From positions 351 to 64,350 of the forward strand of contig CALCKW010000059.1 of assembly GCA_937965695.1 (NCBI GenBank): 64,000 nt of DNA. The letters are read 5' to 3'. The notes below the pieces were generated by a model. It saw only the letters and a program-made list of their open reading frames with translations. It had not been told where the DNA came from and did no database searches. Source of the DNA: an uncultured Granulosicoccaceae bacterium. GTDB taxonomy: Bacteria > Pseudomonadota > Gammaproteobacteria > CALCKW01. Shown here piece after piece: positions 9,281-20,237 of the stretch (position 1 is the stretch's first letter; the number at the start of each line of letters is the position of its first letter). Both the position numbers and the translations under genes were made by a program.

Positions 9281-10294
9281 ATGTCAAAAATAAAATTATT
9301 ATTCATGATAACCGCTGTGATTGGGCTAATCAGTTGCAGCACAATCCAACCCTATCGCTCAGCAGATATCGTGGTACCTCAAGAGGCCGGTACCTGGTCG
9401 GGCTTATTGCGCTGTGACCGTTATAATCACTTCAACACCAGGCTCACCATCTGGGAGACCGCGCCAGACAAATTCACCGGTAAGATGCGTCTAGATCCGG
9501 TCAAAGGCGACAAAGTACTGAGTGAATATCCTATCAGTGGATCTCGGCATCAATACGGATCACTTATCCTTAGCCCTGACTTCAGCGATTACAAAAGACC
9601 GGAGTATGATCGGCAGAAACATATGATTGGCATTTCTGCGCGCATTGACCCGGAGTCGAGAAAAATAGTGGCGTCTATCCGTACAGGCTGCCATGCCACG
9701 TTGCGTCTTGACCCAGTGATGAGTGATGGACTTGTTGCTCTTGCGACAAAGTACGGAAAGTACACGGCCAAGGATCAGAAAAAACATGACACCGCCGCCA
9801 AGCGGAAAAACGCTTTGGCCGAATGTGCGGCACGATCAGGTCAAAGCACTGGGTCAATTGCTCGATACCGAGATCAAAACAATCCTTTGGCTGCACCAGC
9901 CTTTAAAGAGGGCTTGTTTGTCTATCAGCATAAATGCCTCGCTCCTGTTTTCGGTCGCGATGCATTGATTTACTCGAAAACTGCACCGGATGCCCAGGGG
10001 GATTTTATCGAAGTGCACTTTGGGCCATTGGATAAAGGCACGCGTGTCTCACGTCGAGAAGTATCTATTATGTCGCTCTCCCAAATGTGCCGAGTGTTCG
10101 ACTACAACGTGGTAGGTGGGCGCAAGATTTTTTGCGAGCCCTATGGTTGGCAATACACAAAATTCGTTAAAGAAAGGTGCCTGGGTTTCTCCGGGGCCGC
10201 TGCGGCACTTGGAGCTCTGCGCTGCCAACTCATGGTGATGGGGCAGGCAGTCAACGCCTTTGAGAGAGGCCCCAAACAGGTCTCCGATCGGTAG
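9281..10294 (+). CDS. Hypothetical Cys-rich lipoprotein
   Basis: ATG 9281 after GGAG gives MSKIKLLF...LISC lipobox; long ORF followed by a terminator; no recognised family. Confidence 0.6.
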   Translation: MSKIKLLFMITAVIGLISCSTIQPYRSADIVVPQEAGTWSGLLRCDRYNHFNTRLTIWETAPDKFTGKMRLDPVKGDKVLSEYPISGSRHQYGSLILSPDFSDYKRPEYDRQKHMIGISARIDPESRKIVASIRTGCHATLRLDPVMSDGLVALATKYGKYTAKDQKKHDTAAKRKNALAECAARSGQSTGSIARYRDQNNPLAAPAFKEGLFVYQHKCLAPVFGRDALIYSKTAPDAQGDFIEVHFGPLDKGTRVSRREVSIMSLSQMCRVFDYNVVGGRKIFCEPYGWQYTKFVKERCLGFSGAAAALGALRCQLMVMGQAVNAFERGPKQVSDR

Positions 10295-10307
10295 GTTGTC
10301 ACGGGTC

Positions 10308-10349
10308 AAAAAAAATCCCGCCGTGTTCTAAAACACGGCGGGATTTTTT
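10308..10349. terminator. Bidirectional rho-independent terminator
   Basis: A-run-TCCCGCCGTGTT...AACACGGCGGGA-T6 between convergent genes. Confidence 0.9.
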
Positions 10350-10365
10350 CGCGCAATTTTACAGA

Positions 10366-11844
10366 TCAGACGATTGCTTTCATCTCACCCATATAACCGC
10401 GAAGTTCTTCACCGATGATCTCAACGCTGTGATTGCGCAGCGAGCCATTGACGGCAATTAGCTGTGCATTGTCTACGCCGTTATCGGGTAAGTCTAAGCC
10501 GCCACCGATCACATCTTTCTTGATTTTAGGCATGAACTTCTCGGCCAGTAACGGGCGAGCCGCTTGGTCGAAGAGGTAGCAGCCGTACTCAGCCGTGTCG
10601 GAGATAACCACGTTCATCTCATACAATTTCTTGCGTGCGATGGTGTTGGCGATTAAGGGCGTTTCGTGCAGTGACTCGTAGTAGGCGGATTCTTCAACAA
10701 TGCCTGCTTCGACCATAGTCTCGTACGCTAGCTCAACACCGGCACGAATCATCGCGACCAGCAGAGTGCCTTTATCGAAGTACTCTTGTTCACTGATTTC
10801 GACAGAGGAGATCTCTTGCTTTTCGAAGTTGGTTTCGCCGGTTGCAGCGCGCCATTTCAGCAGGTTGACGTCGTCGTTGTTCCAGTCCGCCATCATGGTG
10901 TTGGAGAAGTGCCCTGACATGATGTCGTCCTGATGCTTTTGGAACAACGGGCGCATCAGGCCTTTCAGCTCTTCAGAGAGTTCAAAGGCTTTGATTTTGG
11001 CCGGATTGCTGAGGCGATCCATCATGTGGGTGATGCCGCCGTACTTCAGCGCTTCGGTGACAGTTTCCCAACCGTACTGCATGAACTTGGCAGCCCATGC
11101 TGGGTCGATGCCTTCTTCAACCATTTTATCAAAGCACAAGATCGCGCCAGTCTGTAGCATGCCGCAGAGAATGGTCTGCTCGCCCATCAGGTCTGATTTT
11201 ACTTCGGCAATTGGCGATGACTCGAGAACACCAGCACGGTGTCCGCCGGTCCCGCAAGCGAGTGCTTTGGCGATTTTCATGCCGTCGCCGTTCGGGTCGT
11301 TCTCGCGGTGAACCGCAATTAGAGTCGGGACACCAAAGCCACGAACGTACTCGTTACGGACTTCTGAGCCGGGACATTTGGGGCACATCATCACAACTGT
11401 AAGCTGAGGGCGAATCTGCATGCCTTCTTCAACTAAGTTGAAGCCGTGTGCGTAGTCCAGCGTTGCACCGTCTTTCATCAGGGGCTGTACCGCGTTGACA
11501 ACAGCGGTGTGCTGCTTGTCTGGCGTGAGGTTCATGACGATATCGGCCGTGGGCACGAGTGTTTCGTAAGTACCAACGGTGAAACCATTTTCGGTTGCGC
11601 TCTTCCAGCTTTGACGCTTTTCGTCAATGGCGGCTTGGCGCAGCGCGTAGCTGACGTCCAAACCTGAATCACGCAGGTTTAAACCTTGATTGAGGCCCTG
11701 TGCGCCACAACCAATGATGACGATTTTCTTACCGCGTATGTAGTCGACGCCTTCGGCGAATTCTTCCGGCTCCATAAAGCGGCATTTTGAGAGTTCTTCC
11801 AGCTGCACGCGCAGTGGGAGGGTGTTGAAGTAGTTCTGGCCCAT
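10366..11844 (-). CDS. ilvC: Ketol-acid reductoisomerase, long (class II) form
   Basis: NYFNTL N-terminus, [36 protein letters not shown]; true start ATG 11844. Confidence 0.97.
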   Translation of the reverse strand: MGQNYFNTLPLRVQLEELSKCRFMEPEEFAEGVDYIRGKKIVIIGCGAQGLNQGLNLRDSGLDVSYALRQAAIDEKRQSWKSATENGFTVGTYETLVPTADIVMNLTPDKQHTAVVNAVQPLMKDGATLDYAHGFNLVEEGMQIRPQLTVVMMCPKCPGSEVRNEYVRGFGVPTLIAVHRENDPNGDGMKIAKALACGTGGHRAGVLESSPIAEVKSDLMGEQTILCGMLQTGAILCFDKMVEEGIDPAWAAKFMQYGWETVTEALKYGGITHMMDRLSNPAKIKAFELSEELKGLMRPLFQKHQDDIMSGHFSNTMMADWNNDDVNLLKWRAATGETNFEKQEISSVEISEQEYFDKGTLLVAMIRAGVELAYETMVEAGIVEESAYYESLHETPLIANTIARKKLYEMNVVISDTAEYGCYLFDQAARPLLAEKFMPKIKKDVIGGGLDLPDNGVDNAQLIAVNGSLRNHSVEIIGEELRGYMGEMKAIV

Positions 11845-11897
11845 GAGAGAGACACCATATAAGGGAATTGACGCCGCAAGGTTATCGTATAAATGGT

Positions 11898-11945
11898 GTT
11901 GCGTAAAATGAGATATAGTGGATATTGTGTTGCGTTGAGCGCAAC
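11898..11945. promoter_or_regulatory. Tandem IlvY (LysR) operators
   Basis: Perfect dyad GTTGCG-N5-CGCAAC at 11929-11945 and a weaker GTTGCG-led site at 11898, 31 bp apart, between divergent ilvC and ilvY. Confidence 0.7.
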
Positions 11946-11978
11946 AGCGAAATGGGTGCCTGCTTAAGGGGAAAGACG

Positions 11979-12878
11979 ATGGATTTACGCAGTGCAGAAG
12001 TATTTGTTGCGCTGGCTGAGACACTGCATTTTGGTCAGGCGGCGACGCGATGTAATCTCAGCTCTTCCGCAGTCAGCCGTCAACTTGTGCGACTAGAAGA
12101 AGAGCTGGGTGCTCCGCTAATGGTGCGCGATAAACGCCATGTGGCAATAACACCTGCGGGACGCGAAGTATTGCAACTCGCAAGGCGTTGGTTGGCTGAA
12201 TGGACGCAGTTGAGCACCGAACTGGCCAGTGGCAAAGGTGACTTACGCGGTCAGTTGCGTGTCTATGCCTCTGTGACAGCAAGCTACACGGTTCTAGCAA
12301 AGGTGCTGCCACCACTGCGTAAGCACTATCCCGGCATCGAGTTGTTGCTACACACGGGAGATCAGGCTGATGGGGTGGAGCGCGTTCTGGCTGGTCAGGA
12401 AGATTGTGCCGTTGTTGCCGAGCCAGACAAGCTGCACCCCACTTTAAAATTTGCGCCACTCCGACGTTCACCTCTGGTTTTGATTGGTCCTGCAGACAAC
12501 GGGCAGTTAGATAGAGAAGTGCGTCGGCAGCAAAAGCTAGGCGTTGAACCGGATTGGTCTGCGACACCTCTGGTACTTGCAGAGCGCGGGTTGGCCCGTG
12601 AACGGTTACTGGCGCATTTTACGCACCGGCTGATCAGCCCCCATGTTTATGCCGAAGTGGGTGGCCACGAGGCTGTGGTCAGTATGGTGAGTTTGGGGTT
12701 TGGTGTCGCGGTGGTGCCGGAGATTGTCATTAGTGCAAGTCCGCAAAAAAAGTCCATCAAGGTGTTGCCTTGGTTGTCAGACCTTGACGACTTTGTGATT
12801 GGACTTTGCAGTAAACGGGAATTGCTGCAAGACCCGTTGATGAACGCATTCTGGCAGAGTGCCGTTGCTGAGGTCTGA
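11979..12878 (+). CDS. ilvY: LysR-family regulator IlvY
   Basis: [41 protein letters not shown]; divergent from ilvC. Confidence 0.92.
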   Translation: MDLRSAEVFVALAETLHFGQAATRCNLSSSAVSRQLVRLEEELGAPLMVRDKRHVAITPAGREVLQLARRWLAEWTQLSTELASGKGDLRGQLRVYASVTASYTVLAKVLPPLRKHYPGIELLLHTGDQADGVERVLAGQEDCAVVAEPDKLHPTLKFAPLRRSPLVLIGPADNGQLDREVRRQQKLGVEPDWSATPLVLAERGLARERLLAHFTHRLISPHVYAEVGGHEAVVSMVSLGFGVAVVPEIVISASPQKKSIKVLPWLSDLDDFVIGLCSKRELLQDPLMNAFWQSAVAEV

Positions 12879-12890
12879 CGGTAATTCGCG

Positions 12891-14027
12891 CTATTTACAT
12901 ATTCCATCTGGCTTGGCTAGTTGGTTCGAAAACAATGGACTTTCTAGCAAGCGGTCAACGCTAAACCTATAACCTCTCTCTTGGCTATGAGTTTTAGAAT
13001 ACTGACAGAAATTTAAATCCTTCCACAACTGAGGGTCCATTAATTTTTGAGCGGTACCCAGTGAATTCTTATCTATCCAGTTGAAGTAAGTGTGTTCATT
13101 CACAAATTTATTGGAGATACCGTTAATATGGTCGTAAATGACAACCAGCGCCCAAGCGCCATCAAAACTGTGACCACCCGCTGAACCGGCAATACTGTTG
13201 TCAGCGATATTCGAATAAATCTCTGGTAACCAATCGACACCTGCGATGTAAACATCCTCACCGGGAACCATATTGTTTAGCCTTGCTGCCTGAACTGCGC
13301 CTAAAGACAGTAGGTCCGCCGCTGTCCAAATAACTGATATGTCTTTAAAACGATTGAGCAATAAACCTGTTTTGTTGAGGGCGTCTTTTGACGACCATTC
13401 GGTGTATACGACCTGATGCAGCAGTACATCAGATTGTTCTGAAACGTATTGACGCAGACCTTTCTCGCGTTGTGTGCTGGCCGGAGACCGCAGGGAACCG
13501 TTTACACCAATCAACTGAATTTTGTTTTGCTCATCGAATGTACCTGAGGCACGAGCGGCTTCAACCAATTTTTGTGCGGTCAGTCGTCCTGCTTGTACAT
13601 CATCGGACAATACTTGACCAATCCAGTTATTGAGTGGTTGAAAACCGTAACGGAAGTTGCTGATAGAGCGATGAGAAAGGCCTGTGTTGAACAACAGGGT
13701 ATGGATGCCAAGATTGTCCGCTTTGCGCATTAATTCTTCTGTGACCCCCCTCAGGTGTGTCAAAACCAAATAGTCTGGGAGTTCTTTTCGATCCAGCACC
13801 GCACTTGCTTGGTTAGAAATAATCACTAAATCATTTCCGTAGACCACCTCTAGATCTAAGTCTAAGTCGACAGCCGCTGCCTTCATGATGGCAGCTGTTT
13901 TTGAAAAGAATGGACTGTCTTGGCTTGATGGGGCGATAAAAACTACTTTATTCGCCTTGTTTGTGGGGGAAGCAGAAAGTTCATTGCTAATAACCAAACA
14001 TGCAAGACAGAGCAGTATTGTTTTCAT
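12891..14027 (-). CDS. Periplasmic sugar-binding-fold (type I) protein, probably sensory
   Basis: Signal peptide; DDVQAG, REKGL, WTAADLLSLGA, GVDW, GGH; no transporter genes adjacent. Confidence 0.75.
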   Translation of the reverse strand: MKTILLCLACLVISNELSASPTNKANKVVFIAPSSQDSPFFSKTAAIMKAAAVDLDLDLEVVYGNDLVIISNQASAVLDRKELPDYLVLTHLRGVTEELMRKADNLGIHTLLFNTGLSHRSISNFRYGFQPLNNWIGQVLSDDVQAGRLTAQKLVEAARASGTFDEQNKIQLIGVNGSLRSPASTQREKGLRQYVSEQSDVLLHQVVYTEWSSKDALNKTGLLLNRFKDISVIWTAADLLSLGAVQAARLNNMVPGEDVYIAGVDWLPEIYSNIADNSIAGSAGGHSFDGAWALVVIYDHINGISNKFVNEHTYFNWIDKNSLGTAQKLMDPQLWKDLNFCQYSKTHSQERGYRFSVDRLLESPLFSNQLAKPDGICK

Positions 14028-14516
14028 TGATTTGAGCAAAGTACTGTTCTTCCGAATAGTAGTGATTTATTTAGTGCAGAATAGTATGCCTAAAGCCACT
14101 AAGAAACCGCAACATATCATGATCATTGCAAGTCGAAATACAATAAATTAGTGCCTTTAAAAATTCGATTGTTCACTTTTGGTACACAATGGTGTTTTTT
14201 GAATGGCGCCAGCTGAGAATAACTGCTGGCATATTTTTGGAAAGTTGCACAGTTTTTCAGTTAGAGCTCTAGTTGTTTTTCTGCCGGTGTATTAGACTAC
14301 GGCAGTCTGTGTTTTTATTGCAACTACGGAATTTTACCTCAATTGCTGTTTATTGTTTTAGCAGTAATCAATACTGCTTTTGGCTTTGTGCTAATTCAGA
14401 ATTGAACTTCTAGCGAATCTTGTGGCTTTTGCTCTTGACGGTATAAAAAGGCGGTTTTTTTTATTAAATATAACCCCTCCATTGAGTTTCTAAAGTCTAC
14501 CTTAGGTCGCCGACTT

Positions 14517-15941
14517 GTGGTGGTTATGGTTAGTTGCAGTTCATTGCTAGCGCTGATTGTGACAGGCTTTGAGTTGAGCTCTTCTTATCGCCAAGGCGTC
14601 TCTCATATCGAGGCCATGCATGAAGAGATAACGCTAGTACATGGCGATTTGTTGGTGCATCAGATTTGGGCGTTGGATGAACGCTCTGCTCGTGCCTCTA
14701 TTGATGGTTTAGTGAGACTCAGGGTTGTAGATCGAGTCGAATTAAATTGGGAAGGCCATCAGCAACTGTCTGCGGGTTTAGCGATCGAAGATGCTGATAT
14801 CAAAACTGTATTGCCGTTGTACAAACTGCACGATGGCGAGAACTATTCATTGGGCGAGCTACATTTATTTTCTAATCTGGATCAGCTTCGATTTGAAATC
14901 ATGTCTTTGCTTGGCGCTAGACTTTTTTTTAATTTTCTCAAAACGTTGGTGGTTTGCGCGGTCGTTTTGTATTTTTTTCATCGTATAGCCACGGTCCATC
15001 TGCACAAAATATCCACCCATGCCGATTCACTTGCCTTAGGAGCTAGTTATAAGCCACTCGCTTTGAACCGCAGTGAAAAAACCTCTCATGATGAGCTCCA
15101 AACTTTAGTTGACGCGATCAATGGCATGGGTTGCCGATTGCAGCAAGAATATCTGCGCAGTGAAGATAATCAAAGTGACCTTGAACGCTTGGTGAGTGAA
15201 CGAACTCGACACCTGGAAAACGCCAACCAAAGATTGGTCGAGAAAAGCCGACTGGCAACGATCGGCTCCCTGGTTGCGATGGTGGCACACGAACTGCGCA
15301 ATCCGTTGGGGACCATCAAAGCGTCAGTGAGTTTATTGTCTGCTCGCTGCTCTGATGAAGTCGAACGCTCGGTCATTTACCGTATCGACCGAAATATTGA
15401 TCGCTGTGACTCAACGGTTGAGCAGTTGCGGCGCATGAGCAATAAGAGCGTTCAATACTGGGAAGTCGTTGATCTCCAGGCATGGTTGACGAACTACGTA
15501 GAAAGCAAACTGCGGTGTCGTGAGGGTTTTGATTTGCACTGTGACTTCACAGCCGGTTTACTGGTGTTTGTTGATGAGTTTCAGCTAGACATGATTGTGC
15601 GTAACCTTCTAGAAAATGCAAAACACGCGATAGTAGGCCGGGCAGAAGGGCCCAAAGGTCTTATATCGCTGCACTTGTACAGCGAACAAGGCCTAGCCGT
15701 ACTGAAAGTGACCGATAATGGCGTAGGCCTAAGTAGCGCAGTGCTTGAAAAGGCCTTTGATCCGCTGTTCTCGACCAAGCAATACGGCTTTGGTATGGGG
15801 CTAACACTTTCCCGAAACTTGATCGAGTTTCTAGGTGGTGATATTACGTTGTCATCGCGTGAAGGTATTCAAGGTACCATCGCCACATTGCGGCTGCCAC
15901 TGCATCAAGTCGATCAGCAGAGTACGCCCACTGATGGTTAG
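14517..15941 (+). CDS. Membrane sensor histidine kinase (periplasmic domain, HAMP, HisKA, HATPase)
   Basis: AHELRNPL H-box, NLLENA, DNGVG, FDPLFSTK, GFGMGL; true start may be further upstream. Confidence 0.88.
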   Translation: MVVMVSCSSLLALIVTGFELSSSYRQGVSHIEAMHEEITLVHGDLLVHQIWALDERSARASIDGLVRLRVVDRVELNWEGHQQLSAGLAIEDADIKTVLPLYKLHDGENYSLGELHLFSNLDQLRFEIMSLLGARLFFNFLKTLVVCAVVLYFFHRIATVHLHKISTHADSLALGASYKPLALNRSEKTSHDELQTLVDAINGMGCRLQQEYLRSEDNQSDLERLVSERTRHLENANQRLVEKSRLATIGSLVAMVAHELRNPLGTIKASVSLLSARCSDEVERSVIYRIDRNIDRCDSTVEQLRRMSNKSVQYWEVVDLQAWLTNYVESKLRCREGFDLHCDFTAGLLVFVDEFQLDMIVRNLLENAKHAIVGRAEGPKGLISLHLYSEQGLAVLKVTDNGVGLSSAVLEKAFDPLFSTKQYGFGMGLTLSRNLIEFLGGDITLSSREGIQGTIATLRLPLHQVDQQSTPTDG

Positions 15942-16082
15942 TTATCGGTGCTAAGCGCTGGTTTGCGTCACGTTTACTTGAGGAATGACACCGGCATCGT
16001 GTAATACGTTGGGATTAACCCAACGAAGTAGCCGTGGTATTGTGTAAGAAATTCACACGCTTATCGCGGGATCGTTTTCATT

Positions 16083-17090
16083 ATGCACAATCGTCAGATA
16101 GGGCCCTTAACTGTCTCAGCCATCGGCCTGGGCTGCATGAATATGTCGATGGGATACGGACCTGCCGTTGAAAAAACGTCCAGGCGCCTGCTGCTTGAAT
16201 CCCTCGACATTGGATACCGTTTTTTAGACACCGCGACCATGTACGGCGGTGGTCACAATGAATCCTTGATTGGCAGTACGCTGAAAGACCGCCGCAGCGA
16301 ATATGTTTTGGCCAGCAAATGTTGCTTGGGCAAAGACGCAGACGGTAAACCGACGATAGACGGGCGCCCGGAAACACTGTTACGCCAATGTGAAGAAAGC
16401 CTTCAACGTCTGCAAACCGATGTCATCGACCTTTATTATTTGCATCGTTTAGACCCCAATGTGCCCATCGAAGAGAGTGTTGGTGCGCTGGGCGAGATGG
16501 TTAAGGCCGGGAAAGTGAGGGCAATAGGTCTGTCAGAAGTCGCCAGTGATACCTTGCGGCGAGCTCATGCGGAGCATCCAATCGCAGCGATGCAATCTGA
16601 GTACTCATTGTGGTCTCGCACACCCGAGCGGGGGATGTTGGCCACCTGTGAAGAACTGGGTGTGACCTTTGTGCCGTTTTCGCCTTTGGCACGAGGTTTT
16701 TTACCCGGCTCTGCACAAGACGTGACTCAACTCGGAGAAGAAGACATACGCGCCACTATCGCGCGTCCAAGGTTTGAGCCTGAAAATTTTCAAAAGAACG
16801 CGCAGTTGCTCACGCCTTTTAATGCCATCGCCGAACGCGAAGGCTGCACGCCTGCTCAGTTGTCATTAGCGTGGTTGTTGGCACAGAAGGACAGCCAGGG
16901 GAATAAAACGCTGGTACCCATTCCCGGCACAAAACATATCGAGTGGATGCAAGACAACAGCGGTGCAAGTGAATTGGTACTGGCTGATGAGGTGGTGGCT
17001 GAATTAGATCTTTTGATCAACGAAACAACGGTTTCTGGAAATCGTTACTCTGACGGAGTAATGGCGAAGACGGACTCTGAAAGGGACTGA
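16083..17090 (+). CDS. Aldo/keto reductase
   Basis: IGLGCM, DTATMYG, IDLYYLHR, IGLSE, FSPLARG, PIPGT. Confidence 0.92.
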   Translation: MHNRQIGPLTVSAIGLGCMNMSMGYGPAVEKTSRRLLLESLDIGYRFLDTATMYGGGHNESLIGSTLKDRRSEYVLASKCCLGKDADGKPTIDGRPETLLRQCEESLQRLQTDVIDLYYLHRLDPNVPIEESVGALGEMVKAGKVRAIGLSEVASDTLRRAHAEHPIAAMQSEYSLWSRTPERGMLATCEELGVTFVPFSPLARGFLPGSAQDVTQLGEEDIRATIARPRFEPENFQKNAQLLTPFNAIAEREGCTPAQLSLAWLLAQKDSQGNKTLVPIPGTKHIEWMQDNSGASELVLADEVVAELDLLINETTVSGNRYSDGVMAKTDSERD

Positions 17091-17204
17091 CACTTCAGCT
17101 CTGGTGTGCAAATCGATATTGACTGTGCACGCCTGTTTTTATTCAAGCTAACACTTTGACTTTTATAAAGGATTGTAGTCATCGCTGATTTGCAAGTAGG
17201 GCGT

Positions 17205-18576
17205 ATGAAGCCTTCTCGGTTAGGTAGCCGGTTGGTGGTAGTCATGATCATTTGTAGCTCAGCATTAGCACTGCTGATCACGTTGGTTGACGTGTTCATG
17301 TCCTACCGTGATGGCATCAGTCGTGTGCAGCACATTCATCGCCAGCTGGCACTTTTTCATAGTGATGTATTGGTGGAGCAAATTCGCACATCTAACGACG
17401 ATGGTACTGCTGCATCTCTAAGAGGTCTCGTCAAGCTAGACGCGATCGATCCCCCTGATAAGCAGTGAAGATGGAAATGACCGTGTGTTGGGCGAGCTAA
17501 AATTATATACAGCTCTGGACAGCCTTCGTCAGTACTTTGTTCCACAACTACTCTATAAGCTTTTACTAAACTTTATAAAAACATTTATTGTGGCCGGTGT
17601 TGCTCTTTATTTGGTCCATAAGATGGCAACCGCTCACCTTCTACGTATTGCCCGTCATGCACAGTCCATTCAGCCAGATAAGGAATACAAGCCGCTTGCT
17701 TTAAATCGCAAGTCGCCGGTACTAGATGACGAATTGTCTCTGCTCATCAGTGCCATTAATACGATGGGGGAGCGTCAGCAAGTTGCGCTATTGTCCTCCG
17801 AACAGCAAAACAAAGCGCTGGAAAAACTGGTCGACGAGCGCACTGAACATTTGGCGTTGGCCAATCAAAAGTTACTAGACGAAAGCCAGCTGGCGACTAT
17901 TGGCTCATTGGTCGCTATGGTCGCGCATGAGTTACGAAACCCGCTCGGCACAATAAAAGCGACGGCAGCATTATTACATGCTCATAGTGACAAAGAATTT
18001 GAACGCAATGCACTGAAACGCATCGATCGAAATGTGGAGCGCTGCGACAGCACCGTTGAGCAGCTGCGGCGCGCCGGTAGCAGATCAACGCATCACTGGT
18101 TGCATTTGGATTTCGGCGCATGGGTTGAATGCTACGTGGAAACGCAATTAGAACTTGAGCCGTCAACGATACTCGAGGATGATTTGCCATCCGGGATTGA
18201 CATTTTCGTCGACCAATTTCAACTTGACCTGGTGGTGAGAAATCTTTTCGAAAATGCCCAACAAGCCTTAAAAGAACTGCCTGAAGCGGCGCAAAAACGC
18301 ATTTCGGTCAAACTGTCAAAAGGCGACAAAGATGCAACACTGACAATCACTGATACAGGTGTTGGTTTGAGCGCTGAAGTGCTCGGCAGTGCATTTAACC
18401 CTCTTTTTACCACTAAACAATATGGGTTTGGGATGGGCTTATCTCTCTCTAGATACTTGATTCGCTCTTTGGGTGGTTCGCTAGATATCTATTCGGCCGG
18501 TAAGATGCAAGGTGCGACAGTAGAGCTGGTTCTACCTCTGGCGCATCAGGTTTCTCCGCAAAACGAAGCGCTATAG
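17205..18576 (+). pseudogene. Histidine kinase paralog split by an internal deletion/frameshift near 17450
   Basis: 17205-17468 matches the N-terminus of the 14517 kinase; a second frame PLISSEDGNDRVLGELKL resumes the alignment; about 27 aa missing. Confidence 0.75.
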
Positions 18577-18660
18577 ATATAGTCGCCAATGTCGGTTTTT
18601 AGTTAGTCAACCTGAGCTGAGCTATGCTAGTTTAAAATCACACTCACCACGGAGAAATGT

Positions 18661-18951
18661 ATGAGCGCTTTTGTGATTGTCGATACCAATATCAAAAATC
18701 TTGAAGCCTATGAAGAGTATAAAAAACTCGCTAAACCCATAGCCGAAAAATTTGGCGGTGTCTATCGTGTGCGCGGTGGTGACATGAAGGTATTGGAGAG
18801 TGACCTATGGTCTCCAACGCGAATTGTCGTTGTTGAGTTTCCCGACATGGCCAGTGCAGAGGCTTTTGCGAACTCTGACGAATACGCGCCTGTGCAAAAA
18901 ATTCGCCATGAAAATGCCGACTGCACGTTGGTAATTGTTGACGGCGCATAG
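18661..18951 (+). CDS. DUF1330 family protein
   Basis: YEEY...FGGVYRVRGG...RIVVVEFPDM...SDEY pattern, 96 aa. Confidence 0.85.
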   Translation: MSAFVIVDTNIKNLEAYEEYKKLAKPIAEKFGGVYRVRGGDMKVLESDLWSPTRIVVVEFPDMASAEAFANSDEYAPVQKIRHENADCTLVIVDGA

Positions 18952-18990
18952 TCTGATAGTTACTTTCACTTAATTTATCTCGGACAAAAT

Positions 18991-20169
18991 ATGGTTCATA
19001 CGCTTAAAGCAGATTATTTGCAGTCGGAGATGACCGCTTGGCGTCATGCTTTTCATCAACACCCAGAGTTGGGATTTGAAGAAAAGCTCACGGCCAATAA
19101 AGTGTCAGAGTTGTTGCAGAGTTTTGGGGTGGAAGTGCATTCCGGTTTGGGTGGTACGGGGGTCGTTGGAATTTTGAAGCGCGGCAGTTCAAACCGCAGC
19201 ATTGGTATTAGGGCCGATATGGATGCTTTACCTATTCAAGAGACCAATACCTTTAGTTACGCTTCAAAAGTTGCCAGTACCATGCATGCCTGTGGCCATG
19301 ATGGCCACACCAGTATGTTACTCGGTGCCGCCAAAGTGCTTGCCGAACAGGGAGAATTTGACGGCACTGCCGTCTTTATTTTTCAGCCCAACGAGGAGAA
19401 TGGATTGGGAGCCCCAGCAATGCTTAGAGACGGGCTATTTGATCGTTTTGACGCCAATGAAGTATTTGGCATGCACAATATTCCTGGCATGCCAGTGGGG
19501 TCATTTGCTACCCGTGCTGGGCCAATAACTGCCAGCGAAAGTCTGTTTGAAATTGTTATCAATGCAAAGGGTGGTCATGCGGCTTTGCCTCACATGGGTG
19601 TTGATGCAATTACAGTCGGTGCAGAAATAATCAGTTCCCTCCAGACTATTGTCTCGCGCAAATTGGACCCTAGCCTCAACGGGGTTGTGTCAGTCACTGA
19701 ATTCAGCACTGACGGTAAGCGCAATGTGTTACCGGGTCGTGCTGTTTTGTCGGGCGATGCCAGAGCACTAACACCGGAGATAAACCAACAGATTGAAGCC
19801 ATGATGCGGCAAATCGTCGATGGCATTTGCATGGCACACGGTGTCAATGCAGAGGTCAGTTATGACACTATTTTCCCCGCGGTCATCAACGATCCAGAGG
19901 CGAGTAAAGCCGCTGTAGCAGCGGCATCTGCGATTGTGGATTCGAGCGTGGTTGATGGGGACTGTGTGCCTAAGCTGTTCTCAGAAGATTTTGCCCACTT
20001 TGCTAAAGCACGTTCAGGCTGCTTTGTTTTGATGGGTAACGGATTGCAGGGCTCACACGCGCGTCCACTGCACTCGGCAGACTATGACTTCAACGATGAG
20101 GGGTTGCGTTTTGGGGCTTCGCTGTGGGTGCAGTTGGTTGAGAGCCGGCTGGCGTTAAAAACGAAATAG
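18991..20169 (+). CDS. M20D amidohydrolase (hippurate hydrolase-like)
   Basis: HQHPELGFEE, RADMDALP, MHACGHDGH, FQPNEE, GGHAALPH, SEDF. Confidence 0.92.
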   Translation: MVHTLKADYLQSEMTAWRHAFHQHPELGFEEKLTANKVSELLQSFGVEVHSGLGGTGVVGILKRGSSNRSIGIRADMDALPIQETNTFSYASKVASTMHACGHDGHTSMLLGAAKVLAEQGEFDGTAVFIFQPNEENGLGAPAMLRDGLFDRFDANEVFGMHNIPGMPVGSFATRAGPITASESLFEIVINAKGGHAALPHMGVDAITVGAEIISSLQTIVSRKLDPSLNGVVSVTEFSTDGKRNVLPGRAVLSGDARALTPEINQQIEAMMRQIVDGICMAHGVNAEVSYDTIFPAVINDPEASKAAVAAASAIVDSSVVDGDCVPKLFSEDFAHFAKARSGCFVLMGNGLQGSHARPLHSADYDFNDEGLRFGASLWVQLVESRLALKTK

Positions 20170-20192
20170 ATTGATGTGTTGTGTACGGCATA

Positions 20193-20224
20193 AAACAGCC
20201 TCTGCTTGAGCGCAGTGGCTGTTT
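20193..20224. terminator. Probable terminator hairpin between convergent genes
   Basis: AAACAGCC-tCTGC...GCAGt-GGCTGTTT inverted repeat. Confidence 0.55.
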
Positions 20225-20237
20225 GAGTATCTAAGTA

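Noticed and set aside
11845-12024. Apparent overlap of extended ilvC and ilvY ORFs
   Set aside because: Artefact of longest-ORF calling; the real starts are 11844 and 11979 with operators between them
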